From Mobula hypostoma (taxonomy: Eukaryota), in assembly GCF_963921235.1 (NCBI RefSeq), contig NC_086108.1:12152001-12216000 (forward strand): a stretch of 64,000 nt of DNA, in the 5' to 3' direction. Shown here piece by piece: positions 12,601 to 25,741 of this stretch. The notes under the pieces were generated by a model that saw only the letters and a program-made list of their open reading frames with translations, searched no databases and was not told the origin of the DNA. Each line of letters starts with the position of its first letter. The first letter of the stretch is position 1. A program made the position numbers and the translations under genes.

Positions 12601-14379
12601 CCTGTATAATAATATACATAGCATGACCACCAGGAAACATACCAAACAGTTACATGTGTAGAAGTAGTTATATAAATACCAGCAGGCAATTAATTATTAA
12701 ACTGCAAAGAAGATTACAATTATACAGACCAATCCAATAAGCTAAAATTGGAGAAAGCTCACAGTGATGGCCTCAGGTGGAATGGTGAGGGATAGGAGAG
12801 AATGGTCACAGTGATGGCCTCAGGTGGAAAGGTGAAGTGACAGTACTGGAGGTTAGAATTAAACTGTGTCACAGGTGTTGAGAGGCAGTGAGTCCTAACC
12901 CCAGTTTTACTTACATATATTTCCTAGTCCTAAACACATAGTATCTCTGAAACATTGATCAAGCTGCCCCCACATGCAGGGAATGTGGGCCTCGGGAGTG
13001 TGGTTTGACCACTGCCCCCAGTCCTTCTCACATGCGGGGAATGTGGTTTGACCCTGAGCCCTCACTGTCCTGGCAATCTGCACTGATGTCCGTCCACAGC
13101 TGGTGATCCATCTTTGAGGTGGGGGCCCAGCCCAATCCCCTGCCTTCCTTCTGGGCATCTCTTACCCCATAATCTCCCAAGCCAGCAGTCTGGGAAATGT
13201 GAAACCAGCAGGCTCAACTACCTCGGTGCGGGGTAGGCAGCAAAATCAGTGCCGGATGAGTTCCAACAGCTTCCAAGTCAGTGCCCCACTATCAGCCGTA
13301 AGTTTTGTTCGGGGTTTAAAGCAGAAGTGTTTGTACAGAGAGTCATAAGGTGTTTAGAGGGCAATATAACCAAAGTAGTACAGACAGGAAAGCCAAGAGG
13401 GCAGTATGACATTATTATACAGGATGAGAATGCTCGGTGGGTTAATGATTGTTGTTCCATTGTCACTTATATTTCTGATAGAATTCAGTGATGAAGTGAG
13501 TATCTAGACCTGGGCCTCAATACCTCCTTGTGCGATTGGATCCTGGATTTCCTCACTTGTAGACCCCAGTCAGTTCAGCTTGGCAACAACATCTCCTCCA
13601 TGATCTCCATCAGCACAGGAGCACCACAGGGATGTGTGGTTAACCCCCTGCTCTACTCGCTTTACACCTATTGACTGTATGGCTAAGCACGGCTCCAACG
13701 CCATATCCAAATCTGCCGGTGACATCACTGTTGTGCGCTGTCTCAAAGGGGGCGATAGATCAGCATACAGGAGGGAGATTGAAAACTTGGCTGAGTGGTG
13801 TCAGAATGGACATATTTGACAGAATCAGAATCAGGTTTAATATCTCCGGAATAGGTTATGAAATTCGTTCTCTTTGTGGCAGCAGTACAATATATAAGAA
13901 CAGGGAGAGAGAGATAAACATGAATTACAGTAAATATATGTGTATATATATATATACACACACAGACACACACATATCAGAGTTAAATTAAGTAGTGCAA
14001 AAAATAGAAATAAAAATAATGAGATAGTGTTCATGGGTTCAATGTCTGTTCAGAAAACTGATGGCAGGGGGGAAGAAGCTGTTCCTGAATCACTGAGTGT
14101 GTGCCTTCAGGCTCCTGTACCTCCTTCTTGATGGTTAAAATAAGAAGAGGTCATGTCCTGGGTGACAGGGGTCCTGAATGATGGATGTCGTCTTTTTGAT
14201 GCATCGCTCCTTGAAGACAAAGCTTCGTGCCCATGATAGAGATGACTAATTTTACAGCTCTCTGCAGCTTACTTCAATCCTTTGTGACATTTCAGAGCCA
14301 TTTAGACAAGCAGGGAATGGAGGATATGGACCATATGTAATTAGACATGCTTTTTAAATTGGCAATATTTATTTATTTA

Positions 14380-14955
14380 TTGAGATAAGCGTGGAATAGG
14401 TACTTCAACCAATGGAGCCCAGAAATTTCCTGATTTCATCTTGGCCTAATCACAGGACAATTTACAATGACCAATTAACCTACCAACCAGTATGTCTTTG
14501 GGCTGTGGGAGGAAACTGGAGCACCCAGAAGAAGCCCACAAGGTCATGGGAGAACATACAAACTCCTTGCAGCCAGCAGTGGGATTCGAACCCAGGTTAC
14601 CAGTACTGTAAAGCACGTGGCCAAGTGGTTAAGGCATTGGACTAGCCACCTGAAGGTCGTGAGTTCGAGCCCCAGCCGAGGGAACATGTTGTGTCCTTGA
14701 GCAAGGCACTTAATCACACATTGCTCTGTGACAACACCGGTGCCAAGCTGTATGGGTCCTAATGCCCTTCTCTTGGACAACACTGGTGTCGTGGACAGGG
14801 GAGACTTGCAGCATGGGCAACTGCTAGTCTTCCATTCGACCTTGACCAGGCCTGCGCCCTGGAGAGTGAAGACTTTCCAGGCGCAGATCCATGGTCTCGC
14901 AAGACTAACAGATGTCTATAAAGCACGGGGCTAACCACTACACTACCATGCCGGC
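14380..14955 (-). mobile_element. HE1-like V-SINE, split by a nested CORE-SINE; other copies at ~32975-33157(+), 37340-37590(-), 40580-40890(-)
   Basis: V-domain motif gggtgctcc(a/g)gtttcctcccaca and a tRNA-like head with B-box ggttcgaatccc. Confidence 0.8.
14618..14918 (+). mobile_element. tRNA-derived CORE-SINE with a 9-bp TSD
   Basis: A-box tggccaagtgg, B-box gagttcgagcc, CORE-like gtgtccttgagcaaggcacttaa. taaagcacg occurs at 14609-14617 and 14919-14927. Confidence 0.9.
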
Positions 14956-15233
14956 CTAAGACAAGTTCATCTTCTTGCTATGGAAATGGATACACCTTCA
15001 GGCCCAGGACTGTGAGTGAGCTGGGGATGAGAGATCTCCTGATTGGAGGACCTTTGTGAATGGAACAGGAACCACAAGCCAGTAGTTCTGCATTCTCCAT
15101 TACCAAGGCAGATTTCTTATTCCAGATTTAGTTAATTACATGGATTTTCATTTCTGATACTGGGCTGGAATTTGAGCTTATGTATTAGGATATGCTATAC
15201 CATTATAATAACATTTGAACACATTCACGTGCG

Positions 15234-15234
<1 letters not shown>

Positions 15235-15285
<51 letters not shown>

Positions 15286-15305
15286 TTTTTGTGTGTGTGT
15301 TGTGT

Positions 15306-15344
<39 letters not shown>

Positions 15345-15345
15345 G
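15235..15345. repeat. (GT)n microsatellite; degenerate (CA)n also at ~16425-16600 and 16950-17250
   Basis: Direct reading. Confidence 0.95.
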
Positions 15346-17216
15346 TCCCCTTCTCACTCTCAGTCCACAACAGAGGCTCATATCAGAATCAGGTTTATCA
15401 TCACTCACATGTCATGATTTTTTTGCGACATTGTACAGTGCAATATATATAAAATTGCTACAGTACTGTGCAAAAGTCTTATGCCCCTAGCAATATACAG
15501 TGCATGTACCTGAGACATTTGTACAGTACTGTACATGAGTGCATAATATATCTGATGTGAGTAATCACATCGTCAAATTCGCTGACAACATGACAGTGGT
15601 GGGGCTCATCACCAACAATGAAACAGCCTACAGAAAGGAGGTGGAAGAGCTTGTGGCCTGGTACCAGGCAAATAATCCCTTTCTCAATGTCAACAAGACA
15701 AAGGAAATGGTTATCGACTTTACGAGAACTCATACCACTTGCACCTCTCTTCATGTTGGTGGCACGGCAGTGGAAACTGCGAGCAGTCTACAACTCTTGG
15801 GAGTGCACATCTTGCACAGACACTCATGCTGCCAGAACACCTCTTACACAATCAAGAGCGTTCATTAACGGCTCTACTTTCTGAGGAAGCTGAAGAGAGC
15901 TGGGCTTTGCACATCTGTACACATTCTACAGAAGCGCAGTAGAGAGCACCCTGACAAGCCGCAGTCCTGCATGAAACAGGTTATTTCTCAGCTCAAACTG
16001 CTGAGACCTGAGGCACTGGTAAAACCAAGCACACTCACTTCTTCATTGCTAGGAACTTTCAGACTATTCCAGCTGTGTTTAGTATTGTGGCTTTCTGAAG
16101 ATTGACATAGATATTGCTGTGTAGGCCTAATTACTTCATGCTACTGTGTAGTGACTTTGGGATGACATCAGTTGTCGATATTACTGTTGGGTCAAGGTTC
16201 CAAAGTCTTTCAATTTCCTTTTTTAATTCAGCGTATTTCTGGTGTTTTTCACTTACTGATTTCTGGTGTTATGTGTGTTTGAAATGGTTGTATCTATTCA
16301 GTAAGTTGTTCTTGCTTGTTGTTCTGTATTATTGTCTGTGCTGCATCGGACCCGACCTAACAACTATTCTACTCTCCTTTATCCTTGTGTACTGGGAATG
16401 ATATTAAACAATCTTGAATCTTGAATGTGTTTGTGTAAGCGTGCATGTGTTTGTGTATGTCAGTGTGTCCAAGCATGTATACACGTGTTGTATGAGCTCT
16501 GATGTATTTGTGTGTGCACAAATACATGTGCATATGTCTGTGCATATTGGTGGGAGCACGAACATGACGGTGTATCTGTGTGTGCAAACATGAGATTGCA
16601 TGTTTAATCGATTGTGTATGGTAACAATACAAGTCATTGCAAAAGCCAGACCATCCATCAATCTTGCAGATTATTATCTGTGCTTGTCCGTGGCACTTTA
16701 ATGATCTCTGTTCATGGACCATTGACTCACTTCAGGCTTTTCATTACCTGCATATCTTTAGTCCTTTGCTCAAACATCGCGTCCAGTGTGGACACCACAT
16801 TCTAAAAATGGTACTTGCTCAGAAGGTGAGAGGCCACTCACTGTGAGATGCTCACAATGATGGTATCAGTTATTGGAAGAGAAGTCAGGCCTGTTTTGGG
16901 GTGATTTAACTGAGGATTTCAAATTCTGAAAGATTTGTTAAAGGAAACACTCTCACTCACACTCATTTACTGATGCACAGATTCTCACACTCACAAACTC
17001 ACATGCATACTAGTACACGCACGCACATTCACACACTCGTACACACACGCTCAGACACACTCTCTCACACACAGACACTCCCACATGCATAGGCACACAC
17101 AAACACACTCGTACACACACACATTCACATGCACACACACTCATACACACACATGAGCACACACAGACTCATACACACACATTCACACACAAACACACAT
17201 ACACATATACACAAAC

Positions 17217-17252
<36 letters not shown>

Positions 17253-17859
17253 ACCCCTTTCCAAATCACAGCTGCATACTGTTAAAGATCTTCTTTTCCC
17301 TTTCAGGTTGTTAAATCTCTCTTCAAACTGCACTCTCCAATCACTGATCATCTCGCAACAGATAGCCAACTTTTCTACTTTAAAGAATCTTTTGAAAACA
17401 AATGGAAAATGTGATTGAATATGGCAGGTCTGTGGGGAGAGAGTAGAGAGAAGATCTGAGTTGAGAGTCTTTTAAGGAGCTGTCATGGAGTACAGTGGAC
17501 AGAATGGCCTCCTTTGGGCTATATTCGATGATCGATTCTATTATCTCAGTGAAGGATCTCTACGTGCTGAGCTACTCGAGTATGTTCACGATATCTACTG
17601 CTTATTTACTTATTATTGTTGTATCTTCTTTTAAATTTACACGGCTTGTTGTCTTCTGCACTCTGGTTAAAATGCCCTAGTTGAGCAGTCTTTCATTGAT
17701 TCTGTTATATATGTTGTCTATGCAGACATATATGTACTTTGATAATAAATTTTACTTTGAACTTTTGAACTTTGAGTATGACAGGTACCCACCAACGCCA
17801 ACATAGTACTGATCAGATGACCTAGTCTTACTGGTTCAATTGCAAGGATAAGCAATGAC

Positions 17860-18830
17860 CAGGGACGTCTGGGTGGCCAAACACTTTCATTCTGATTCCC
17901 ATTCCTGTTCCAGTGTGTTGGTCCATGGCCTTGGCTTGTGTCAATATCCACACTCAGGTGGAACAGCAACATCTTATATTCTGTATGGGTAGCCTCCAAC
18001 CTGACAGCATCAACATTGACTTCTCCTCCCGATGAACAAATTCTCCCCAACCTTCCTCTATTCCCCACTCTGACTTTTTACTTCTTCTCACCTGCCTATT
18101 ATTTCCCCCTGGGACCCCTCCTCCTTCCATTTCTCCTTTGGTCCATTCTGGTCTCCAGTCAGATTCTTTCTTCTCCAGCCCTTGACCTTTCCCACCCTCC
18201 TGGCTTCTATCACAACCACAGATTCGGCAGCACAGATTTGGCAATTGCGCTCATGAATATTCATGTGTCAGTTAATTATTATTTCATTGTGATAGCATTT
18301 AACTCCATTCATTCCGTCGTAGTACTTGTCAAGACTTGGACACAGCAACGTTTCACTGCCTGCTTGCATTCTGCCTTGCCTGAGAAAATGGACTGTTGAT
18401 TCAACTGACTCTGAAGACTAGTGGCATTGGTGTTATTCTTAGTTGTTCTTTTCAGCCGTAGTGTAGGCTTCGTTTTCCATTTGAGAGTTTTAGTTAATGG
18501 CCCTGTTTGGCCTAGCGTTTATTGTTTTCTTTTCGCTTTAACACTGTTCACATTAAAGTCTGTGAACTATCGACCTGCTTCAGTGTCTCTCACGCCATGC
18601 CATATCCGAACCTGTTGATGGCTTCACCTATCACCTTCTAGATATCCTTCTTCCCACCTCTCCCACCTTTTTATTCTGGCATCTTCCCCCTTCTTTCCCA
18701 GTCCGGAAGAAGGGACTTGTCTCAAAATATCGACTGTCTATTCATTTCCATAGATGCTTCCTGACCTGCTGAGTTACTCCACCATTTTCTGTGCGTTGCT
18801 TTGGATTTCCAGCACCTGCAATCTCTCATG
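17860..18830 (+). mobile_element. Penelope-like element 3' fragment with a degenerate hammerhead motif (18699-18736), interrupted at 18208-18620
   Basis: LRVEQQHLIFCMGSLQPDSINIDFS, then a pyrimidine-rich UTR and cagtc-cggaaga-...-aaaatatc-gactg. Same family as 11240-11930. Confidence 0.85.
18208..18620 (+). mobile_element. Solo-LTR-like insertion (~410 bp)
   Basis: Flanked by (tg)gcttc duplicated at 18201-18207 and 18619-18625. Starts tatcac (near TGTCAC) and has attaaa near its 3' end. Confidence 0.6.
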
Positions 18831-21001
18831 CTTATGAAATGTTACAAACCATCTTTAACATTCCGTGAGGAAAGACAGGATCAGAATTGTAACATCTCAT
18901 CCGAAACGTGCGCCTCCTGCAATGCAGCACTCCCACGACCGGCTCGAAGGGTAAGATTACTTTTCACAGAGTTCAAGTTGACATTAGTGACGATCAATGT
19001 CTTCTGTGGAGAATGAAATGGAAGATAAACCTCCTCCTCGCATTTCTTTATAATTTTTACATTCTCTAAAATTGAGAAGTGTGTTCGGATTTCAAGGTCA
19101 ACTACACTTCAAAAATACCTTTTTAATCTGCAGATAGGTCAAATATGAGTCATGTTTTTAATAATATAAGCTTCAACGAGAATTATTTATGCCATGCATG
19201 GAATAATTATTTATTAATAACATATATTTGATTCATAAATTGCATCCATTTTTTATGATTTTGGGAATTGTGAATTATTCTAATGAATTGTATTGAGTAT
19301 TTTTGACATAGTTAAAATCATAACTTAATTTGGTATCTGTCCCATCAGTGACATGGGTATCAGTTGCAGCTTCCAATGTCATGATCAATAAGCCTGTTGT
19401 TGTGTGTGAGTACAGAGGGACTGGGAAAAGGAGGGTCGATGTCATCACTCCTGCAGGTCAGTGAGATCCAGTCATTCTTCACTGCAAATACATGGCTCCT
19501 CGGCAGAGAGAGTTAAGTGCACCAAGCTTCTGGGATTTCACATCACGGATGACCTCACCTGCTCCTTTAATATCACCCCTCTGAACAAGAAGGCCCAGCT
19601 GTGCCTCCACTTCCTATGGAGATTGAGCCAAGCGAGAATCCCCCAAGCCCCCTCCTAATTGCATTTTACAGGAGCACCTTTGTGAGCTTTCTGACCGGCT
19701 GCATCTCCATCTGGTATGGGAGCAACCAAGTGTCAGACCAGAAGTCCCTACAAGGGACTGTGAGAGCAGCTGAGAGTGTCGTAGGCGTCTCCCTACCATC
19801 CATCGGGGATATTCATCAGGAGCACTGCTTGTGCAGGACCCTTAATATTATCAGGAATCCCAGCCATCAATCCAGCATCCTCTTTGACGTTCTACCATCA
19901 GGCAGGAGACTCTGATGCATTAAAACAAGAACAGTCAGGATGGGAAGCAGTTTCTTTCCTCAGGCCACAAGGCTTCTGAACTCCCAGCCACATCCCATTC
20001 CAAGTGTCACTAGTTAATCTCTTACATTGCTTACAATATTTAATTTATGTACAATACTTTGTTATTTATATGTGATTCATCTGCAGATTTTATCCTTACC
20101 TTCATAAGTTACTGTGTGTTATATGTGTGCTCTGCTGAGCTTAACACCCTGGTGTGGAGAAACGTGGTCTGGTTTGATGGTATTTAGTTAAACGACAATA
20201 AAGTTGACTTGACTTGACGTCATTCACTCATTCAGCTTTAGAGCAGGTGATCCATGCTGATCCTGAAGAATTTCCTATCTGCAATTCCCTGTTTAAAGGG
20301 TTAACAAGGCCCCTGTGAGCCCTCCTGCTTTAAGTGTTCATGCACCGAGTAGGTAGAACTCAAACCATGAACTGATGTTTAGTGACCCCATTTGCTTCAG
20401 GGTCAGAGTAGCCTAGTGATGTCCCATTTCAAGTAGAGGAGAGGGTTGCTTGGTCTTCCAATAAGATCGCTCTCCTCACTTTTCTGGGTACATTCCTGGA
20501 CATTAACTCTTACAGACTTGCCAATTCCAGTCTCAGGAGAAGAGGGGAATGGTGGGAAACTCCATCTCCCAGAAGTTCCAGGCTGGTCAGATTGTTTGTT
20601 CAGTCCTGAATGTCCACAGACCAGTTCTAACTCCGAACAGCCACCATACAGAGAAAAGCACACATCATGGCGAACTGGAGCCTTCACTAGAGTGGTGTTG
20701 ATGAGGTGGGTGGCAGGGTGGTGATACATCTCTACCAAAGGAGGTGTAAGGCACTCCTTCCCTCCACTAGCCTGCAGGTCACCCTTCTGCACCTGCTTAG
20801 CCCCAAGATCAGGGTCATGTGCAGCCATGGGAGCAGATGGTGGATGGTCGAATGAGCAGCTGGTGTAGATCACAAGTCCTGGTTATGCGGCCACTGATGC
20901 CAGGCAGACAATCTCTGAAGAGTATCAATAATGGCTAGGGTCACCCATCCTGTGAAGGCTTTGCCCAGAGGAAGGCAACGGCAAACCACTTCTGTAGAAA
21001 A

Positions 21002-24000
21002 GTTTAAAATCGGGAGAAGTTTAAAAGCAGATCATCTTTATCTTCAGCGTTTTGATCGAGGCACAACTGCCCAGGCGCATGGAAGTCAGTGATTTAGACC
21101 AGCGGGAAGTATTAAAAAAGAAGGCAGCTTGATAGAGCGGACATTAGAGTAGAGGGAGTCAGAGTCGGAGGGCTTTGGTGATGACGAGTCAAGGCGAGGT
21201 AGGTGAAGGATAGGAATAGGAAGTATGTCTGTGAGGCTGGTGTTCCGTACTGGGTGACAGATGTGGGAAGTCCGGGAGACTCCAAACCTCCGAGACGGCC
21301 ACATCTGCACAGGTGCATCGAGCTGCAGCTCTTTAGGGACCGGGTTAGGGAACTGGAGCTGCAGCTCGATGACCTTTGTCTGGTCAGGGAAAGGGAGGAG
21401 GTGATAGAGTGGAGTTATAGGCAAGTAGTCACACCGGGGCCTCGGGAAACAGGCAGGAGAGGGAAGGGCATGAGTCAGATAATAGAGAGCTCCACTGTGG
21501 CTGTTCCGCTTAACAGTAAGTACTCCTGTTTGAGTACTGTGGGGCGGGACGGCCTACCGGGGGAAGCAACAGTGGTAGCGCCTCTGGCAGAGAGTCAGGC
21601 CCTGTGGCTCAGAAGGGTAGGGAAAGGAAGAAGCCAGCAGTAATAGGGGACTCTATAGTTAGGGGGTCAGACAGGCGATTCTGTGGACGCAGGAAAGAAA
21701 CACGGATGGTAGTTTGCCTCCCAAGTGTCAGGGTTCGGGATGTTTCTGATTGCGTCCACGATATCCTGAACTAGGAAGGAGAACAGCCAGAGGTTGAGGT
21801 ACATATTGGTATGAACGACATAGGTAGGAAAAGGGAGGAGGTCCTGAAAAAAGACTACAGGGAGTTAGGAAGGAAGTTGAGAAGCAGGACCGCGAAGGTA
21901 GTAATCTTGGGATTACTGCCTGTGCCACGTGACAGTGAGTATAGGAATAGAGTGAGGTGGAGGATAAATGCGTGTCAGAGGGATTGGAGCAGGGGGCAGG
22001 GATTCAGATTTCTGGATCATTGGGCCCTCTTTTGGTGCAGGCGTGACCTGTACAATAAGGATAGGTTGCATTTGAATCCAAGGGGTACCAATATCTGGCA
22101 GAGAGGTTTGCTCAGGCTATTGGGGAGGGTTTAAATTGGAATTGCTGGGCAGTGGGAACTGAACTGACGAGACGGAGGAAGGGGCGGTTGACTCACAATT
22201 AGAGAAAGCTTGGAGACAGTGTGAGAGGGAGGATAGGCAGGTGACAGAGAAGGGATATGCTCTGACCGATGATTTGAGATGTGTCTATTTTAATGCAAGA
22301 AGCATCATGAACAAAACGGATGAGCTTAGAGCGTGGATCAGTACTTGGAGCTATGATGTTGTGGCCATTACAGAGACTTGGATGGCTCATGGGCAGGAAT
22401 GGTTACTTAAAGGGCCAGGTTTTAGATGTTTCAGAAAGGACAAGGATGGAGGCAAAAGAGGTGGGGGTGTGGCACCGCTGATCAGAGATAGTATCACGAC
22501 TGTAGAAAAGGAGGAAGTCATGGAGGGATTGTCTACTGAGTCTCTGTGAGTGGAAGTTAGGAATAGGAAGTGTCAATAACTCTACTGGATGTTTTTTATA
22601 GACCATCCAATAGCAACAGGGACACTGAGGAGCAGATAGGGAGACAGATTCTGGAAAGGTGTAATAATAACAGGGATGTCATGGTGGGATTTTTAAATTT
22701 CCCAAATATTGATTGGCATCTCCCAAGAGCAAGGGGTTTAGATGGGGTGGAGTTTGTTAGGTGTGTTCAGGAAGGTTTCTTGACACAATATGTAGATAAG
22801 CCTACTAGAGGAGAGGCTGTACTTGATCTGGTATTGGGAAATGAACCTGGTCAGGTGTCAGGTCTCTCAGTGGGAGAGCATTTTGGAGATAGTGATCACA
22901 ATTGTATCTCCTTTATCATAACATTGGAGAAGGATAGGAACAGACAAGTTAGGGAAGTGTTTAATTGGAGTAAGGGGAAACATGAAGCTATTAGGCTGGA
23001 ACTTGGAAGCATAAATTCGGAACAGATCTTCTCAGGGAAATGTACAGCAGAAATGTGGCAAACGTTCAGGGGATATTTGCGTAGCATTCTGCATAGGTAC
23101 GTTCCAATGAGACAAGGAAAGGATGGTAGGGTACAGGAACTGTGGTGTACACAGGCTGCTGAAGATCTAGTCAAATAGAAAAGAAAAGCTTACGAAAGGT
23201 TCAAAAAACTAGGTAACGATAGAGATCTAGAAGAATATAAGGCTAGCAGGAAAGAGCTTAAGAACAAGGATTAGGAAAGCCAGAAAGAGCCATGAGAAGG
23301 CCTTGGCAGACAGGATTAAGGAAAACTCAAGGCATTGTGAAGAGCAAGAGGATAAGTCATAAGAGAATGGGACTGGATGAGGTGCACCCCAGGCTACTGT
23401 GGGAGGTGAGGGATGAGATTACTGAGCCTCTGGCAATGATCTTTGCATCATCAATGGGGATGGGAGAGGTTCTGGAGGATTGAAGGGTTGCAGATATTGT
23501 TCCCTTATTCAAGAAAGGGAGTAAAGATAGCCCAGGAAATTATAGACCAGTGAGTCTTACTTTAGTGGTTGGTAAGTTGATGGAGAAGATCCTGAGAGGC
23601 AGGATTTATGAACATTTGGAGAGGCATCATATCATTAGGATTAATCAGCATGGCTTCGTCAAAGACAGGTCGTGCCTTACGAGCATAGTTGAATTTTTTG
23701 GGGATGTAACTAAACACATTGATGAAGGTAGAGCAGTAGATGTAGTGTATATGGATTTCAGCAAGGCATTTGATAAGGTACCCCATGCAAGGCTTATTGA
23801 GAAAGTAAGAAGGCATGGGATCCAAGGGGACCTTGCTTTGTGGATCCAGAACTGGCTTGCCCACGGAAGGCAAAGAGTGGTTGTAGACGGGTCATATTCT
23901 GCATGGAAGTCGGTGACCAGTGGTGTGCCTCAGGGATTTGTTCTGGGACCCCTTCTCTTCGTGATTTTTGTAAATGTCCTGGCTGAGGAGGTGGAGAGGT

Positions 24001-24910
24001 GGGTTAGAAATTTGCGATAACACAAAGGTTGGGGGTGTTGTGGATAGTGTGGAGGGCTGTAAAAGGTTACAGCAGGACATTAATAGGTTGCAAAACAGGG
24101 CTGAAAAGTGTCAGATAGAGTTCAACCCAGATAAGTGTGAGGTGGTTTACTTTGTTAGGTCAAATATGATGGCAGAAGATAGTATTAAAGGTAAGATTCT
24201 TGGTAGCGTGGAGAGATCTTGGGGTCCATGATCATAGGATACTCAAAGCTGCTGCACAGGTTGACTCTGTGGTTAAGACAGCATACGGTGCATTGGCCTT
24301 CATCAACCATGGGAGAGAGTTCAAGAGGGCCGAGAGGTAATGTTACAGCTGTATAGGATCCTGGTCAGACCCCACTTGGAGTACTGTGCTCAGTTCTGGT
24401 CACCTCACTACAGGAAGTACATGGAAACGATAGAAAGGGTGCAGAAGAAATTTAAAAGGATGTTGCCTGGATTGGGGAGCATGCCTTATGAGAATAGATT
24501 GAGTGAACTTGGCCTTTTCTCCTTGGAGCGATGGAGGATGAGGGTTGACCTGATAGAGGTGTATAAGATGATGAGAGGCATTGACCGTGTGGATAGTCAG
24601 AGGCTCTTTCCCAGGGCTGAAATGGCTAACATGAGAGGACACAGATTTAAGGTGCTTGGAAGTAGGTTCAGAGGGGATGTCAGGAGTAAGTTTTTTTAAC
24701 GCAGAGAGGGTGAGTGTGTGGAATGGGCTGCCAACCACTGTGTGGAGGCAGATACGATAGGGTCTTTCAAGAGACTCCTGGATAATTACATGGAGCTTAA
24801 AAAATGGAGGGCTATTGTTAACGCTAGGTAACTTCTAAACCAAGTACATGATTGACATAGCATTGTGGGCCAAAGGGCCTGTATTGTGCTGTAGGTTTTC
24901 TATGTTTCTA
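21002..24910 (+). mobile_element. Near full-length but disabled CR1 LINE: ORF1 (Zn finger, coiled coil, SGNH esterase) and ORF2 (APE-RT), with an internal deletion near 23368 and a TTTCTATG tail
   Basis: IGDSIVR, HIGMNDI and DRLHLNPRG (esterase); YFNARSIMNK, AITETW, FYRPSN (APE); DFSKAFDKVPH, GVPQG, RPHLEYC (RT). It splits an RTE-SINE, which resumes at 24910. Confidence 0.95.
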
Positions 24911-25334
24911 AAAATATGCTGAGAACAATCATGGTTATGGACAGTGGGAAGATCATAATTGCCCACATCAGATGACATGCCACATAATGATGATGATGAT
25001 TGTTTCGGGATGAACAGACAGATCCTGAGCTTTTTCATCTCCTCCATGGAGAGATTCCCATTTCATAACATCATAGGTCACTGCAGGCCAGGTAGCTTGA
25101 TCTGTAGAGGGATAAAAAATCAGTTATGAAAGAATGCTGGAGCAGACTCAGTGGGCCGAATAGCCTAATTCTGATCTAACGTCTCATGGTCTGAAGGCTG
25201 ATTGATTGTGTCCTGAGTCTGTGGAATGGTGTTCTCCTCACTCTTACCCCACACCCCTCCAATTCCTTCTTCCATTCTCTTCCCTTCCAAGGCTGTAATT
25301 AAAGCTGCCTTTGCTGCTTAGTCCAGTGAGTTAT

Positions 25335-25740
25335 ATCCTAACTGAGAGATACATATCCTAACCAAGAGATTGAAACCCTAACCGAGAGATCCAAATCCTA
25401 ACCAAGAGATCCAAATCCTATCTGAGAGATCGAAATTCTAACCGAGGCATTCTAAATCCTAACTGAGAGTTTGAAATCCTAACCGAGGGATCCAAATCCT
25501 AACTGAGAGATTGTAATCCTAACCGAGAGATCCAAATCTTAACCGAGAGATCCAAATCCTAACCGAGAGATTGAAATCCTAACCGAGAGATCCAAATCCT
25601 AACCGAGAGATTGAAATCCTAACCGAGAGATCCAAATCCTAACCAAGAGATTGTAATCCTAACCGAGAGATCGAAGTGCTAACCAAGAGATTGAAATCCT
25701 AACTGAGAGATCCAAATCCTAACCGAGAGATCCAAATCCT
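25335..25740. repeat. 20-bp minisatellite, ~20 copies (aaccgagagatccaaatcct, with a ttgaaat variant)
   Basis: Direct reading. Confidence 0.97.
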
Positions 25741-25741
25741 T

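Noticed and set aside
12243..12689. Cys-rich, metallothionein-like ORF
   Set aside because: It is a translation of the 42-bp minisatellite.
14618..14690. tRNA gene
   Set aside because: A and B boxes are present, but the sequence continues into CORE and a tail with a TSD, so it is a SINE head.
17308..17427. Strong plus-strand acceptor (cttcttttccctttcag); similar isolated candidates at 7104, 28607 and 36433
   Set aside because: Stops occur before the next donor or the peptides are short and unrecognisable, so they cannot be supported without transcript data.
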